Source of the DNA: an uncultured bacterium | GTDB taxonomy: Bacteria > Verrucomicrobiota > Verrucomicrobiia > Limisphaerales > UBA8199 | Length of the DNA stretch: 64,000 nucleotides | Reading direction: 5' to 3' | Assembly: GCA_963749495.1 (NCBI GenBank) | Contig: CAVVMW010000004.1 | Coordinates: 576,001 to 640,000, forward strand | Shown here: piece by piece, positions 1-12,069 of the stretch | Layout: every line of letters starts with the position of its first letter | How positions within the stretch are numbered: position 1 is the stretch's first letter | Position numbers and translations under genes: made by a program | Notes under the pieces: model-generated | What the model saw: the letters and a program-made list of their open reading frames with translations, nothing else | What the model was told of the DNA's origin: nothing | Database searches by the model: none

Positions 1-390
1 GGTCGTCGCAGAAATTGAGCACGGTTCCCGACTCATGGCGCACGCCCAGGCTCCGGTAGCGGTTGGCGGGGTTGACGGAGTTGTATTGAGGGGAGCCGTT
101 GACGATTTCCGTGACCGGGTTGAAGACGACATCGAACATGAGCACCGTCGCCGAGGTCTTGGGGATGCCTGAGAGCTCCCGTTCGCGGCCGCCCCGGAGG
201 TGTAGGCGTTGCTGACGACCAGGGCGTCGGTTGCGCCGAGACTCCCGGGCGCGTGCGGATACCAAAGGGTCGTGTTCGTGGTGATGCACCCGGTCGGATA
301 ATTGGCGATGGCGTCGTACCAAAATTGGCTGGCTTGGGCGCCCGCGGCGCCCAGGCACGCCAGCACGGCGGTGATGATGGCCTTTTTCAT
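1..390 (-). CDS. Secreted protein, N-terminal part (runs off window, probably frameshifted)
   Basis: ATG at 390 after an AG-rich RBS; MKKAIITAVLACLGAAGAQA looks like a signal peptide. Confidence 0.4.
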   Translation of the reverse strand, partial: MKKAIITAVLACLGAAGAQASQFWYDAIANYPTGCITTNTTLWYPHAPGSLGATDALVVSNAYTSGAAANGSSQASPRPRRRCSCSMSSSTRSRKSSTAPLNTTPSTPPTATGAWACAMSREPCSISATT

Positions 391-755
391 AGTTCTCATT
401 AGTTTTAGTTCGGTCTCGAACCACACCGGGGCGGCCTCGTCGGCGAGACAGCCGGGGCGTGCTGCGAAACGGCGTCTGTCAGCACTTCGGATGCGGAGGC
501 CATTCCTCCTGTCAGCGGACGAGTATAGGGGCCTCGCCGCCAACGCGTGCTCACGTCTTCGTCACAAACTCATGACAAGCCGGTGACGACCAAACTGCCG
601 GTGACGCGATACTTCCAGCATCCAACCCAACGTTGAATTGAAACGTCGGGCTATTGTCGGAAGCCCCTTCGGGGCAAAAAGGCGCCGTGGGCTGACCGAA
701 AGTTTTAACCACACGCGGGGCAGTCCCGGGACTTTGCGCCGCGCCGAGGGCGGGC

Positions 756-1487
756 TCAGCGCGGACCTGCTGCCCTTGACTGCCGGCGGAACTGCTCCAT
801 TGCATGGCGGGCCTGGCGAAGCTGCTCCGCCGTCAGGCGGGCCTCGATAGACCGCCGAGCATGAAGTGTGTCGGGGACCCCCCCGGCATTGGCCAATTGG
901 TACCATTTCCATGCCTCCGCCAGGTTCCTGGGCACTCCGTGTCCCTCTTCATAACGCCGCGCCAGGTTGTATTGGGCGTAGGCGTCCCCCAATTCGGCGG
1001 CCCGTCGGAAGAAGAGGGCTGCGGCCTGGGAGTCTGGGGCAACGCCCTGGCCCGCTTCGTACATCGACCCGAGGTTGTATATCGCCGCGACATGGCGCTG
1101 GGCCGCCGCTTTGTTGAACCAGGAAAGCGCCTTCGCCGGGTCCCGGTCGGTCCCACGCCCGGCCTGGTAGAGCGTGGCCAGCCGGTATTGGGCCTCGGCG
1201 TTGCCTTTCTCCGCGGCCTGGCGCAGCCATTCTGCGGCGCGACGCTCGTCCCGCTTCTGGCCCTGGCCCTCCAGGCACCAAATACCCATCTGAAGCTGCG
1301 CGGAGACATCACCGCCGGAGGCCCGGGCCGAGGTCTGGGCCACGGCGGTCGGATCCGCCGCTGGAGGTGAAGTCGGCGCGGCCGCGCCCGGATCCGCACC
1401 TCGGTTGGCATGGTACGCCAGACCCGCAATGACCCCGGCGCCGATCAGGACAAGTAGCAACAGGCGTATCCAATTCTTCGTCTGCAT
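756..1487 (-). CDS. Sel1-repeat (TPR-like) membrane-anchored protein
   Basis: Repeated AQYxLxxxYxxGxGxxxD..A..W..AA motifs; N-terminal TM helix. Confidence 0.9.
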   Translation of the reverse strand: MQTKNWIRLLLLVLIGAGVIAGLAYHANRGADPGAAAPTSPPAADPTAVAQTSARASGGDVSAQLQMGIWCLEGQGQKRDERRAAEWLRQAAEKGNAEAQYRLATLYQAGRGTDRDPAKALSWFNKAAAQRHVAAIYNLGSMYEAGQGVAPDSQAAALFFRRAAELGDAYAQYNLARRYEEGHGVPRNLAEAWKWYQLANAGGVPDTLHARRSIEARLTAEQLRQARHAMEQFRRQSRAAGPR

Positions 1488-1703
1488 TTCATTCGTGGTT
1501 CGCATTCGGCCGGCAGTGATTCTCGCCAAGGAGCTGGCGTCCCATCCAGCGAAAGTGACGTTGTCCGATTCGATTTTTCACATCTGTGAACAGATCAACA
1601 CAATCACCGCACACACGTAACACAATCGTCCGTTGAACGAACCACTTGGGGCCTTAGACTCGCCGCACGGTTTACAAATGAAAAAGACGATTCCCACATT
1701 CCA

Positions 1704-2546
1704 TTGCTGCTTCGGCGGGAGCCGGCGCCGGTCGCCCGGCCGGGCGTATCGAGGCCGCTCGCCTTCACCTTAATCGAGTTGCTGGTCGTGATCGCGATCA
1801 TCGCCATTCTCGCCAGCATGCTGCTACCTGCGCTCACGCAGGCAAAGGAAAAGGCCAAGGGTGCCCAATGCAAGAGCAACCTCAAGCAGATCGGCCTGGC
1901 CGGCACCATGTATGCCCATGATAACAGCGACTACTATTTCAGCCTGGGCGGCGTCATACCCAACGATGGCCAGTGGACCGCGAATCCCCGCTCGACCGTC
2001 CTGCTGGCACCCAACGACCCTTACGCTTATTGGGCCCTGGGCTACCTCGATTATTTTGCGAGGAACCCGAACATCTTCCACTGCCCTAAGTGCGTCCATG
2101 CCGACGAGTGGCACGATGATGGCCGCTATTACCCCTCCAGCTTCTGGCAGAATTCCACCTACGGGATTTGCCAGTACCTCACCGCCGCGTATGATCCCAC
2201 GGTCGAACCCCAGAGCAAGAAAGTCTCCTCGTATGCCAGCCCCGCCAGGATGATCTTCGTCCAGGACGCGGCCGAACAGAGGATGGAGGGACCGGACGAC
2301 AGCCTCGGCCTGTTTCCCAGCAGGACCCAGATTCTGACGCAGTGGATCGGCCAGCCCCCGTACGGGGGCCTCTCCTTGCTTTACGACGGTTATCATTTCG
2401 AACAGGAGTGGTATCGTCACAGCAAGGGGTGTCAGACGGTTTGGGTGGACCAGCATGTCTCCAGGCTCCGGTTCACCGGGCTGAACGTGGGGATCGACTA
2501 CCGGCACTACACGGGAGTCCTGCCTCTGGCGCCGGCGCCCGAGTGA
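1704..2546 (+). CDS. Prepilin-type N-terminal cleavage/methylation domain protein (DUF1559-like)
   Basis: [25 protein letters not shown]...[11 protein letters not shown]-terminal WVDQHV; start uncertain. Confidence 0.9.
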   Translation: MLLRREPAPVARPGVSRPLAFTLIELLVVIAIIAILASMLLPALTQAKEKAKGAQCKSNLKQIGLAGTMYAHDNSDYYFSLGGVIPNDGQWTANPRSTVLLAPNDPYAYWALGYLDYFARNPNIFHCPKCVHADEWHDDGRYYPSSFWQNSTYGICQYLTAAYDPTVEPQSKKVSSYASPARMIFVQDAAEQRMEGPDDSLGLFPSRTQILTQWIGQPPYGGLSLLYDGYHFEQEWYRHSKGCQTVWVDQHVSRLRFTGLNVGIDYRHYTGVLPLAPAPE

Positions 2547-2715
2547 ACCCGATCAGCCCACGCGCATGAAACCTGTGTTGAAGATTGCCCCGGCGCTTGG
2601 ATTGTCGTTGCTGCTGGTTTTCACCCCGGGAATCCAACACATGACCCGGTGAGGGCACGGGCAACCTCCTATTTCCTGCATTTGAGAACCACAACACCAA
2701 ACCCAAAATCCTAAC

Positions 2716-5700
2716 ATGAAAGATATAGTCAAGAACCTCGTTCTAGCCGGCACGCTCGGCGGGGCACTGCTGCGCCCGGTGTCGGTCCATGCCCAGACGG
2801 TGGGGCAGTGGGACTTCGACAAATCCAACCTCGTGGCCACCGCGGGCTCGACCCTGGGGATCTGCAGTACGCGGACGGCCCGGGCGCCGCCACGCAGGCT
2901 GGCACCGTCTTTGGCACGACGGCGGCCCTCGGCCTGCCGCTCATCAACGGGACCAACGCAACCGTCATGAAATACGTGGCCGAGACCGACCCCTCGCTCG
3001 GCTATCAAATACCGGTCCCGCCGACGGGCAATGGTGGCGGGGCGTTTCTGGGCGACTACACCCTCATCGTGGACGTCCTCTATCCCTCGAGCTCGAGCGG
3101 CACGTTCCGCCCCATACTCCAGACGGACGACGGCCAGCTCGACAACATTCGCGCCTACCTCGCCATCGGGGCCAATGACGCCCTCCAGGCCACCGCCAGT
3201 CTCAGCAGCAAGCCCTCCGGCAGCGCCGGGCATCTCTCGCCCAACGTGTGGTGTCGCGTGGGCTTTGTGGTGAGCCATAGCACAGGCGAGGTTCTTCTCT
3301 ATATCAACGGGGCCCTCGTCGGCTCCGTGACGGGGCTTTCGCCCGATGACGTCTATGCCCTGCCTCCCGGGGCTTCGGTGCGCCTGTTTGGAAGCGCAAC
3401 CGAGACCAATGCGGCCGGCGGATATGTCAACAGTGTTCAAATCCGTGACTCGGCCCTGAACCCGGGCCAAATGCAAGCCATGGCCGGCCCCTCGGCGGGG
3501 GGCCTCCCGCAGGTGATTCCGCCCGTGCCCTCGTTCATCGAATCGAGAATTCCGGACGTTGGCGGGACCGGAGTCACCCCCTTGGCGGCGGTGCATGCGG
3601 TGCTCGACCAGGGCGACACGGCGATCGACGCCGCTTCGATTCGGCTCTCGTTGGACGGGGCGGTTGTGGCGGCCTTGGTGACGCCTGCCCCTCCCACGGA
3701 CACGATTGATTACACCTTTACCAACGCCCTGGAGCCGCTTTCCACGCATACCTTGACTCTGGCGTGGACAGACAGCGTGGCGGGAGCCAAGACGGAGTTC
3801 TGGTCGTTCACCGCTTTGAATTATCAGGCGGTCACCCTTCCCAGCCCCATCTATCTCGAGACCTTCAACAAGGTCGCAGAAGGCGGCCTCCCGGCGGGTT
3901 GGGTCGCTACCAATCACACGGACACCGTGGACCCGGGACTTAATCTGGACGATCTGAAGTCCGATACCTACAAAGATTGGGTAGTGGTCAGCCAGCAGCG
4001 GCTGAGCGGCCTGAAAGCTCGCATCTTCTGGCAGCCTCCCATCATGCTCAACGGTCAGTTCATCGATAATCTCGCCTCGGGCAACATGCTGTATGCCGAA
4101 TCCGACGCGCGCGACGGCAACCAAGTGCAGGTCGTCTTTACCTCCGACTACGACCTGACCGGCAAGACCAATATCTTCGTCGCTCTGCACTGCCTCTACG
4201 AGCAGAACCAGGACAACATTGGCGCCGTCGAATATTCGGTGGACCAGGGCGCCGATTGGCTGCCCATCGCCTATTTTATCGCCTCAAGTGACGGCACAGA
4301 TTTTGCCGGCAGCGACGTCATCACCAACAACGGGAGCATCAATGCCGTTGCCACGTTGACCACCGCGCGAACCGATCAGGCCTGGGGGCTGGCTTACGGC
4401 GCTTTCATTGGCGCACCCATTTCGCAGGCCCTGGCCCCGTATATTGTTCCGTTCCCGGACGACGAAGCCAATATCACCGTCGCCGACGGCGTGGCGCATT
4501 CTGCCTGGCTCGGAAAGGAGATTCTGCTGGCTCGCCTGCCGATGGCCGACGGCCAGTCCCGCGTCCGGTTCCGCTTCATGCAGGCCGGCACCGCGAGCTG
4601 GTACTTCGGCATAGATGATCTCGGACTTTACAGCATCAACACGCCCGTCATCACGGCCCAGCCGCAATCGCAGACGGTCAACGCGAACACGGCTGCATCG
4701 TTCACCGTGGCCGCCAGCGGCAGTCCCCCGCTGGCCCGCCAGTGGAAGTTCGATGGCCAGATCATTATCGGCGCGACCAATGCAACCTATGCGATCTCGA
4801 ATGCCTCGCCGGCCGATGCCGGACAATACCAGGTGGTCGTCAGCAACTCAGACGGTCCAACGCCCAGCACGCCGGCTAGCCTGACGGTCGTCACCAATCC
4901 GGTGATCAGCTCGCCCCTGGCCTCCCAGGTGGCCGACCCGGGCGATACCGTCACCTTCACGGCCGCCGTGGGCGGGGGACGCCCCTTGAGCTACCTCTGG
5001 TTCCAAAACGGGACCTTGCTTTCCGGAACCACAAACGGGCCGCTCGAGCTGAGTCCCGTGACGACCAATAGCTCCGGCCAGTATGAGCTGGTGCTCACCA
5101 ACATCTACGGCGCTGTGACCAGCGCCGTGGCGCAACTGACCGTCATTTCCGGCCCGATTACCAACGCCCTGGTGGTGCACCTGCCGTTCGACGGGAATTT
5201 CAACGACGCCTCCGGCCGCGGGAACAACGCCCAGTACACCTACAACGGGCCCAACGGCGATCCGAATCCCACCTTTATTCCTGGCAAGATCGGCCAGGCC
5301 TTCGAGTTCACCACGTTGAATGACGCCAGCAAGTTCGACTACGCCACCCTGGGCTATCCGGCCGACCTCCTGTTTGGCGATTCCGTTTCGTTCTCGGTCT
5401 CGATGTGGGTCAATTACACCAACCAGACGGACGACTTGCCGTTCATCTCGAATAAAGACTGGAACAGCAGCGGCAATTTAGGCTGGATTATCGCGCCCCA
5501 GAGCGGGGGCAACTATCGCATCAACATCACCGGCCCGAATGGCGGCTCGGACAAGTTCGACACGTCGCCGTCAACCGTGCTGCGGGATGGGCAATGGCAC
5601 AACCTGGTGGTGAGCGTCGTGCGGACCCCGGGTTCGCAGGCGGGCTATGTGAATTCCTACGTGGATGGCGCTCCCGCCAGCCAGAAAGTCATCCTGACGC

Positions 5701-7184
5701 ATGGCTCGATTGACACGGAGGGCACGCCGTTCTCCAATAGCCAACGCGGCGTGACGCCCACCCAAACGGACTGGGCGGTCAACATCGGGGAGGACGGCAC
5801 CGGCGTCTATTATGATAATGGCAGCGCCTACAATATCGCGGCGCACATTGACGACGTGGGCATCTGGCGCCGCGCCCTGACGGCCAAAGAGGCCAACGCC
5901 ATCTATACCGCAGGCCAGAACGGCAAGGACCTGTCCCAGGCGGTGGTGGCTGCCGTCCTGCCGCCGGCGATAACGACCCCGCTGCTCTCGCAAGTCGCCA
6001 TCCCGGGCGAGACGGTGACCTTCGCCCCTGCCATAACTGGAGGCGCGCCCCTAACCTACCTGTGGTCCGACAACGGCACCCTCATCGTGAGCGCGACCAA
6101 CGCCGTGCTCACCCTCAACGTTAGCCCGGGCAGTGCCGGCCTCTATCAACTGGTCGTCACCAACCCGGCCGGCGCCGCCACCAGCACCCTCGCCCAATTG
6201 ACCGTCGCCTCCGGTCTCATCAACGACAGCCTCGTTGTCCATTTGCCCTTTGAAGGCAACTTCAATGACATCTCCGGCCACGGGAACAACGCCGCTTACG
6301 CGACCAACGGGACTAATGCCAGCCCGACACCGACTTTCGTTCCCGGTGTCCTCGGCCAGGCCTTCGTCACCACGACCAAGGCGGACGGCTCACAGTTCGA
6401 GTATGCCACCCTGGGTTATCCAGACGACCTGAAATTCGGCGACAGCACCTCGTTTGCAGTCTCGATGTGGGTCAATTACACCAACCAGGCCGATGACCCG
6501 CCGTTCATCTCGAACAAAGACTGGAACAGCAGCAGCGACCCGGGCTGGGGTATTTTTACCCAGGACGGCGGCAATTTCCGCGTCAATGTCACGGGCCCGA
6601 CCAGCGCCGGCAAATTCAGTGTCACCCCCGCCACCACGTTGCGCGACGGCACCTGGCACCACCTGGTGGTCAGCTTCGTGCGCGCGGCGACCAACCCAGC
6701 GGCGTACTCTTACGTGGACGGCGCGCTCGTGGACCAGACGGCCTACCTGGTCAATGGCAGCATAGATACGTATGCCCTGCCTTTCAGCAACCACCAGGGT
6801 CTAACCACCGGCCAAACCAACTGGGCGGTGAACATCGGTCAGGATGGGACCGGCGTGTATGACGACAACACGAGCGCTCATAACATCGGCGCCAAACTCG
6901 ATGACCTCGGCATCTGGCGCCGCGCCCTGAGCGCGGAAGAGGCCCAGGCCATCCATACTGCCGGCCTGGCTGGCAAGGACCTGTCCCATGCAGTGACCAG
7001 GCTCTCGCTGACCGTCTCCGGCTCGAACGTCCTGCTCGAGTGGCCGGCCAAGTCCACGGTCAAGCTCCAAACCACCCCTGACTTGAGTCCGGCCCATTGG
7101 CAGGACGTGCCCAACACGCTCGGGACCAACTCAGTCACCGTGCCGATGACCAAAGCCCCGGCCTACTTCCGGCTCTCGCAATAA
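2716..7184 (+). CDS. Large secreted LamG-like jellyroll / Ig-repeat protein, frameshift near 2860
   Basis: Signal peptide ORF 2716 continues in ORF 2808-7184; Ig repeats (PVITAQPQSQ..AGQYQVVV); two LamG domains (DGQWH, IDDVGIWRRAL); C-terminal AYFRL sorting-type tail. Confidence 0.85.
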
Positions 7185-7292
7185 CAGCTTAGGGACGACG
7201 GGGAAAATCCGGGCTTTGGCGGCGCGCTCGGGGTGCGCGCCCCAAAGCCCGCTCAGCGTTTTGCGTTCACGAACAACTCGAGTATTGTCCTC

Positions 7293-8246
7293 ATGATCAT
7301 GAATGACCTCAAATCTAAGTCCACAGCCATTCCCAGCCACATCGCGGCCATTCTCTGCCTGGTTCTCTGCCTTGCTCTCGGGCCAGCCCAATCTGCAACC
7401 TCAGCCCAAACCCAGGTCCAGCACATTGTCATTGTCGGTGTGGACGGAATGAGTCCCGACGGCGTCCTCCACGCGGATGCGCCGAACATGAGCCGAATGA
7501 GGAGCCAAGGCGCCTGGACTTTCAAGGCACGCGGGGTAATGCCGACCTCCAGCAGCCCCAATTGGGCCTCTATGATCATGGGCGCCGGCCCGGAGCAACA
7601 CGGCGTCACCTCCAATGACTGGGAGACGAACAAATTCGACATCGCTCCTACGGTGACCGGGCCGGGCGGCATCTTCCCCACCATCTTCGGCGTGCTCCGC
7701 CAACAGCAGCCCTCCGCCGGCCTGGCCGTGTTTCACGATTGGGATGGCTTTGGCCGGCTCCTGGAGAGGCGCATGGTGGACGTGGTCGAACACACCGACG
7801 GGCCGACCAATGCGATGCGCCGGGCAGTCACGTGGTTCGAGACCAAACGGCCTGCGCTCACTTTCATCCAGCTCGATCACGTGGACCATGCCTTGCACGA
7901 GTCCGGCCACGGCACTCCCGAGTATTACGCCGCCGTGGCCGTGGCCGACCAGTTGATCGGGGAAATGATTGCCGGCATCGAAGAGGCCGGCCTCCGCCAG
8001 AGCACGCTGCTCTGGGTCACTTCCGACCATGGCGGGCGCGGCAAGAAACACGGCGGGGCCACAATGCAGGAGCTGGAGATCCCCTGGATCATGGCCGGTC
8101 CCGGGGTCATCCCAGGACACGAAATAAAGGCCGCTGTGAACACGTACGATATGGCTCCCACGATCGCATGGATCTTCGGCGCCCAGCCGCCAGAGTGCTG
8201 GATCGGCCGACCCATACGCGAGCCCTTTAGGCTCGAAAACCGCTGA
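7293..8246 (+). CDS. Alkaline phosphatase superfamily (phosphodiesterase-type) protein
   Basis: VGVDG, PTSSSPNWAS, DHVDHALH, TSDHGG metal-binding motifs; signal peptide. Confidence 0.9.
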   Translation: MIMNDLKSKSTAIPSHIAAILCLVLCLALGPAQSATSAQTQVQHIVIVGVDGMSPDGVLHADAPNMSRMRSQGAWTFKARGVMPTSSSPNWASMIMGAGPEQHGVTSNDWETNKFDIAPTVTGPGGIFPTIFGVLRQQQPSAGLAVFHDWDGFGRLLERRMVDVVEHTDGPTNAMRRAVTWFETKRPALTFIQLDHVDHALHESGHGTPEYYAAVAVADQLIGEMIAGIEEAGLRQSTLLWVTSDHGGRGKKHGGATMQELEIPWIMAGPGVIPGHEIKAAVNTYDMAPTIAWIFGAQPPECWIGRPIREPFRLENR

Positions 8247-8279
8247 GTGCTCATTCGTCATTCGCCATCCATCCAAGAA

Positions 8280-9374
8280 ATGACAACCGAGTCGATGCCG
8301 TCCAAGTCCTGTGCAGCGGTATTTCACGGTGTCGGCAAACCGCTGGCCCTGGAGCACTTTCCGCTTCCGAAATTGAAAGGGAGCGAAGTGCTGGTCCGGA
8401 TTCGCTGTGCCACGATCTGCGGTTCGGATCTCCATTCCTTCTATGGGCGGCGGGCTTCGCCGACGCCCAGCGTACTGGGCCATGAAATGGTCGGCGAGGT
8501 GGTCGGCGTCGGTCCGGTGGGAGGGAGGGATTACCGGGGTAGTCCCTTGAGGCTGGGTGACCGCGTGACCTGGTCCATGGTATGGAGTTGCGGCGATTGC
8601 TTCTATTGCCGGCGCGGCCTGTCCTCAAAGTGCGAGTGCCTGATGAAGTTCGGCCATGAGGCAATTGTCCCGGGGCGCGCATTGATTGGGGGCCTGGCGC
8701 AGCACTGCTTTTTGCCGGAGAAGACGGCCATTTTCAAGGTGCCGGCGAATGTGCCCGATGTGGTCGCAAGCCCGGCGAACTGCGCCACGGCAACGGTCGC
8801 AGCTGTGTTTCGCCATGCTGGATCGGTTGAAGGGCAGACTGTGATCGTCCATGGGGCCGGGATGCTGGGCCAGACGGCGTGCGCCATGGCCGCCGCCGGA
8901 GCTGCGGCGCGTGTCATCGTGTTGGAACCGGATGCGGCGCGCCGCGCCAGCGCCCTGAAATTCGGAGCCACCACCGCGCTCGACAGCAAGGAAGAAAGCC
9001 GCAAACAGGTGCTGGATCTGACGGAGGGCAGGGGTGCCGACATCGGCCTCGAGTTTTCAGGTCACCCGGAGGCTGTCGAGCGGGGCGTTGAGCTCTTGAG
9101 GATGGGCGGGCGCCTCGTTCTTGCAGGAGCGACGTTCCCCAGCCGCTCGGTCCAGTTGTCGGCTGAGCAGATTGTCCGCCGCATGCTCCAGCTCGTCGGC
9201 GTTTACAACTACCGCTCCGACGACCTGAAGACCGCGCTGCGATTCCTCTCCCGTACCCGGACAGCGCGCCCATTCGAAACATTGGTTGCGAAGACTTTCC
9301 CATTAACTGAAGTCAATGCCGCCTTTGAATATGCGGAATCCCAGCGCCCGCCACGAGTGGCAATTGTGCCCTGA
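8280..9374 (+). CDS. Zn-dependent alcohol dehydrogenase, phosphonate-catabolism-associated type
   Basis: ICGSDLH, GHEMVG, CxxCxxC, GAGMLG; ANCATAT motif; next to a PhnX-like gene. Confidence 0.85.
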   Translation: MTTESMPSKSCAAVFHGVGKPLALEHFPLPKLKGSEVLVRIRCATICGSDLHSFYGRRASPTPSVLGHEMVGEVVGVGPVGGRDYRGSPLRLGDRVTWSMVWSCGDCFYCRRGLSSKCECLMKFGHEAIVPGRALIGGLAQHCFLPEKTAIFKVPANVPDVVASPANCATATVAAVFRHAGSVEGQTVIVHGAGMLGQTACAMAAAGAAARVIVLEPDAARRASALKFGATTALDSKEESRKQVLDLTEGRGADIGLEFSGHPEAVERGVELLRMGGRLVLAGATFPSRSVQLSAEQIVRRMLQLVGVYNYRSDDLKTALRFLSRTRTARPFETLVAKTFPLTEVNAAFEYAESQRPPRVAIVP

Positions 9375-9658
9375 TCGTGCTGATGGCCCGAGGTGGAGAC
9401 TTGCGCGTGTTTCCGCCAATCGGGAGGCGGTCTTCGTCACAAATTCGCTACACGCCTGCCGTCCAATCGTCATACTCCCCAGCCACACTCCGCCCGGAAA
9501 CTGGAGTGACTCATGATGGCAAGCCAAACGCCCGCCGTCGGAACACCAAGCGCTGGGCGCCAAGGCGCCACCGAGGCCTGGCGGCCGTGGTTGCTCCTTT
9601 CCTGACCCTGGAAACAGCACCTCAACCACGGATGAACATGGACGAACACGGACTGAAC

Positions 9659-10368
9659 ATGAAAAGCGAAATCGCACTGGTTGTTTTTGACATGGCGGGC
9701 ACGACGGTCCGCGACGACGATGCCGTAAACCGCTGCCTGCAGACGGCCCTGGCCGCCGGAGGCGTGCAGGTCACTCGCGATGAGGTCAACGCCGTGATGG
9801 GCAGGCCCAAGCCCGAGGCCATCGCCGCTCTCTGGTCGCAGAAGCGCGGGACCGGCGCCGCACCCGCTGAGGTGACGCGTCTGCACGACGATTTCCTGCG
9901 CGCGATGATTGAGTTCTATCGGACGGACGCCGGCGTCGGCGAGGTGCCCGGCGCGACCAGCCTGTTTCAGCAATTGCACGAGGAAGGGATAGCGGTGGCG
10001 CTCGACACCGGTTTCAGCCGCGACATTGTGGATGTGATTTTGCAGCGACTGGGCTGGGATCTGCCCGGCGTGCTCGACGCTACGGTAGCCAGCGACGAGG
10101 TGCCGCGTGGGCGCCCGCACCCGGACCTGATTTTTAAGGCCATGAAACGCACCGGCGTTCGAGATACCAGCCGCGTCGCCAAGGTGGGAGACACCCCCTC
10201 CGATCTCCTCAGGGCACCGCTGCAGGCTGCGGCCTGGTGATCGGTGTGACCAACGGCACGCACACCCGTGCGCAACTGGCGGCCTATCCCCACACACACC
10301 TGGCCGCAAGCCTCGACGAATTGCCCGCTCTAGTCCTCGCTCACGGCGCAAAGCCCTCCCAGGCATGA
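9659..10368 (+). CDS. Phosphonatase-like HAD hydrolase (PhnX-like), frameshift near 10212
   Basis: FDMAGTT, GRPHPD, KVGDTPSD; the other frame continues GCGLVIGVTNGTH and stops at 10368 overlapping the next ATG. Confidence 0.8.
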
Positions 10369-10430
10369 GTGCCCTGCCCCCCGCCCGCGACAAGCTCCTC
10401 TTCACGCCCGGACCATTGACCACGAGCCCA
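10365..10430 (+). pseudogene. phnW: 5' remnant of 2-aminoethylphosphonate-pyruvate transaminase
   Basis: MSALPPARDKLLFTPGPLTTS matches the PhnW N-terminal motif; similarity ends abruptly. Confidence 0.7.
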
Positions 10431-10748
10431 GACCTGGTCGTTGAGCAAGAGTTGGAATTCGATGTCCTCGTGCAGTCCGCTGGCCCACCAAATCCAGTGC
10501 TCCGGGCCTGTGCACGCCAGCCGCCATCCCCTGTCCCAACGCAGGCCACCCCCCCGGCCGCGAATGAAGATCGAATCGCCCCGCCCGACCTCCGCGGTGA
10601 CCTCAATCACAGTGGATGCGGCGCGATCCGTAATGGCCTCGCCGCGTCTGCTGCGGCCTGTTATCGCCGATCCACAGCCAGGCTCGATACCCGGCGACCG
10701 ACGACGTCCAGGGCCCTGGCACCCCTCGCCTTCAAAGACGGTTTTCAT
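10430..10748 (-). pseudogene. Truncated small beta-sandwich (CBM20-like) hypothetical protein
   Basis: EVGRGDSIFIRGRGGGLRWDRG...IEFQLLLNDQVWARG; 3' end collides with the phnW remnant. Confidence 0.45.
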
Positions 10749-10864
10749 AGCCACTCGATAAACCGTACCCCCGCTGTGCAGTGTTTCAACGGAGGACCGG
10801 TTACAATCAGGTGACAACCTGTGCATGAAGGAGAAAGAGGGCTGAAAGTCGGCAACCTCCAGCC

Positions 10865-11083
10865 TCATGATCTTTCCCTCCAGACCACCGTGAAGAGAAG
10901 GATACTCGTCATGCTCACCAGGCCTGTCAGGATCGCACCCCAGATGACGACCGGCCCAATGCCTCTCTGAAAGAGAAGAACCGCAGTGAAGACTGCTCCG
11001 ATGACTTGAGCTTGGCCGAGAGCAAGGCGCAGAACGGGCCGCCATCGTGGCTGAGCACCCTCGATCTTCGGGTGGGCGTGCAT
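10865..11083 (-). CDS. Small two-TM membrane protein
   Basis: Two hydrophobic segments in the ORF C-terminal half. Confidence 0.35.
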   Translation of the reverse strand: MHAHPKIEGAQPRWRPVLRLALGQAQVIGAVFTAVLLFQRGIGPVVIWGAILTGLVSMTSILLFTVVWRERS

Positions 11084-11144
11084 TGCGCTGGCGATAGAAG
11101 CAGAAACCAACAAGTGAATCAAAGGCAAGCGGGTGACGAATTGG

Positions 11145-11260
11145 TTACAATTCCTCCACCCGACACTCCAGAGCAGCGAGAGCGGAACTGCCGACGCCCA
11201 TGAACGGATCCAGCACGACCTTGCCGAGAAGTCGCTGGATGACCGCGCCCTTGGAGAAGG
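11145..11260 (-). pseudogene. DNA methyltransferase C-terminal remnant
   Basis: VVLDPFMGVGSSALAA is a SAM-binding motif I. Confidence 0.5.
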
Positions 11261-11754
11261 TCTCCCAGCGGCGGCGGTTCTCGCTGATCGGCTCTTCATA
11301 ACTGTTACGCATCATCGTAACAGCGACCGATGCCGAAGCGTGAGCCTTATGGAGGCGGATTCGTGCCGATTGAGGCCGATACGCGCCGGCGGGCCCTTCG
11401 GTATACATTTCGGCAGTTTGCTACCCCCTCGACCGCCAGAAACCCAGGAGATCACGCGCCTGCCGCGCGGTCCGCCGGATGGAGGCGAGGGTCGGAATCG
11501 GCGAACCCTCGCCCCCCTAGCCCCCCAGTAACCTGGCCAGGGGCGTACAGGCGTGTCCAGGCCGACTGTAGCCGAGAGGGGCGAAAAACGGCCCTGAGGT
11601 TCACGTTTGGGTTCACGTTTTGGCGTTGGGGCGGAGATAGCGATCATCACCCCTTATAAAGCGCTGAGGGGTGAGAAAAGGTCCGTAGTTTCTCAATAAC
11701 GACGAGCCCTCAATTCTCTTGCAATACCTCGGACGCCGATGTATTGTCGATAGC

Positions 11755-12069
11755 ATGAGCTTTAGAGGTGGATTGACAACTTTGATCTTGCAGAATTTGA
11801 GCCTGGGACCGAACCACGGCTATCGCATTGCGCAGGAGATCAAGGAAAAATCAAAAGGGGCGCTCGACTTCAAGGAAGGCTCTCTTTACCCCGCCCTGCA
11901 TAACTTGGAAGCCAAGGGGTGGATTTCCTCGCAAACGCGCGAGGAGAATGGGCGGCTCCGCTGTTATTACACTCTCACCAATAAAGGCCGGAGAGGCCTT
12001 GCCACTGAAAAGCGGGCTTGGGAACGTTTCTCTGGCGCGTTTAACCTCATCCTGCAGGAGGCTTCATGA
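11755..12069 (+). CDS. PadR family transcriptional regulator
   Basis: HGYRIAQEI..GSLYPALHNLE..GW...YYTLT.KG. Confidence 0.92.
   Translation: MSFRGGLTTLILQNLSLGPNHGYRIAQEIKEKSKGALDFKEGSLYPALHNLEAKGWISSQTREENGRLRCYYTLTNKGRRGLATEKRAWERFSGAFNLILQEAS

Noticed and set aside
2553..4190. 545-aa minus-strand ORF and similar long antisense ORFs (31466-32716, 57410-58771)
   Set aside because: Shadows of real high-GC genes on the opposite strand
11598..11621. GGTTCACGTTT direct repeat as an integrative-element arm site
   Set aside because: No matching att partner or cognate integrase identified
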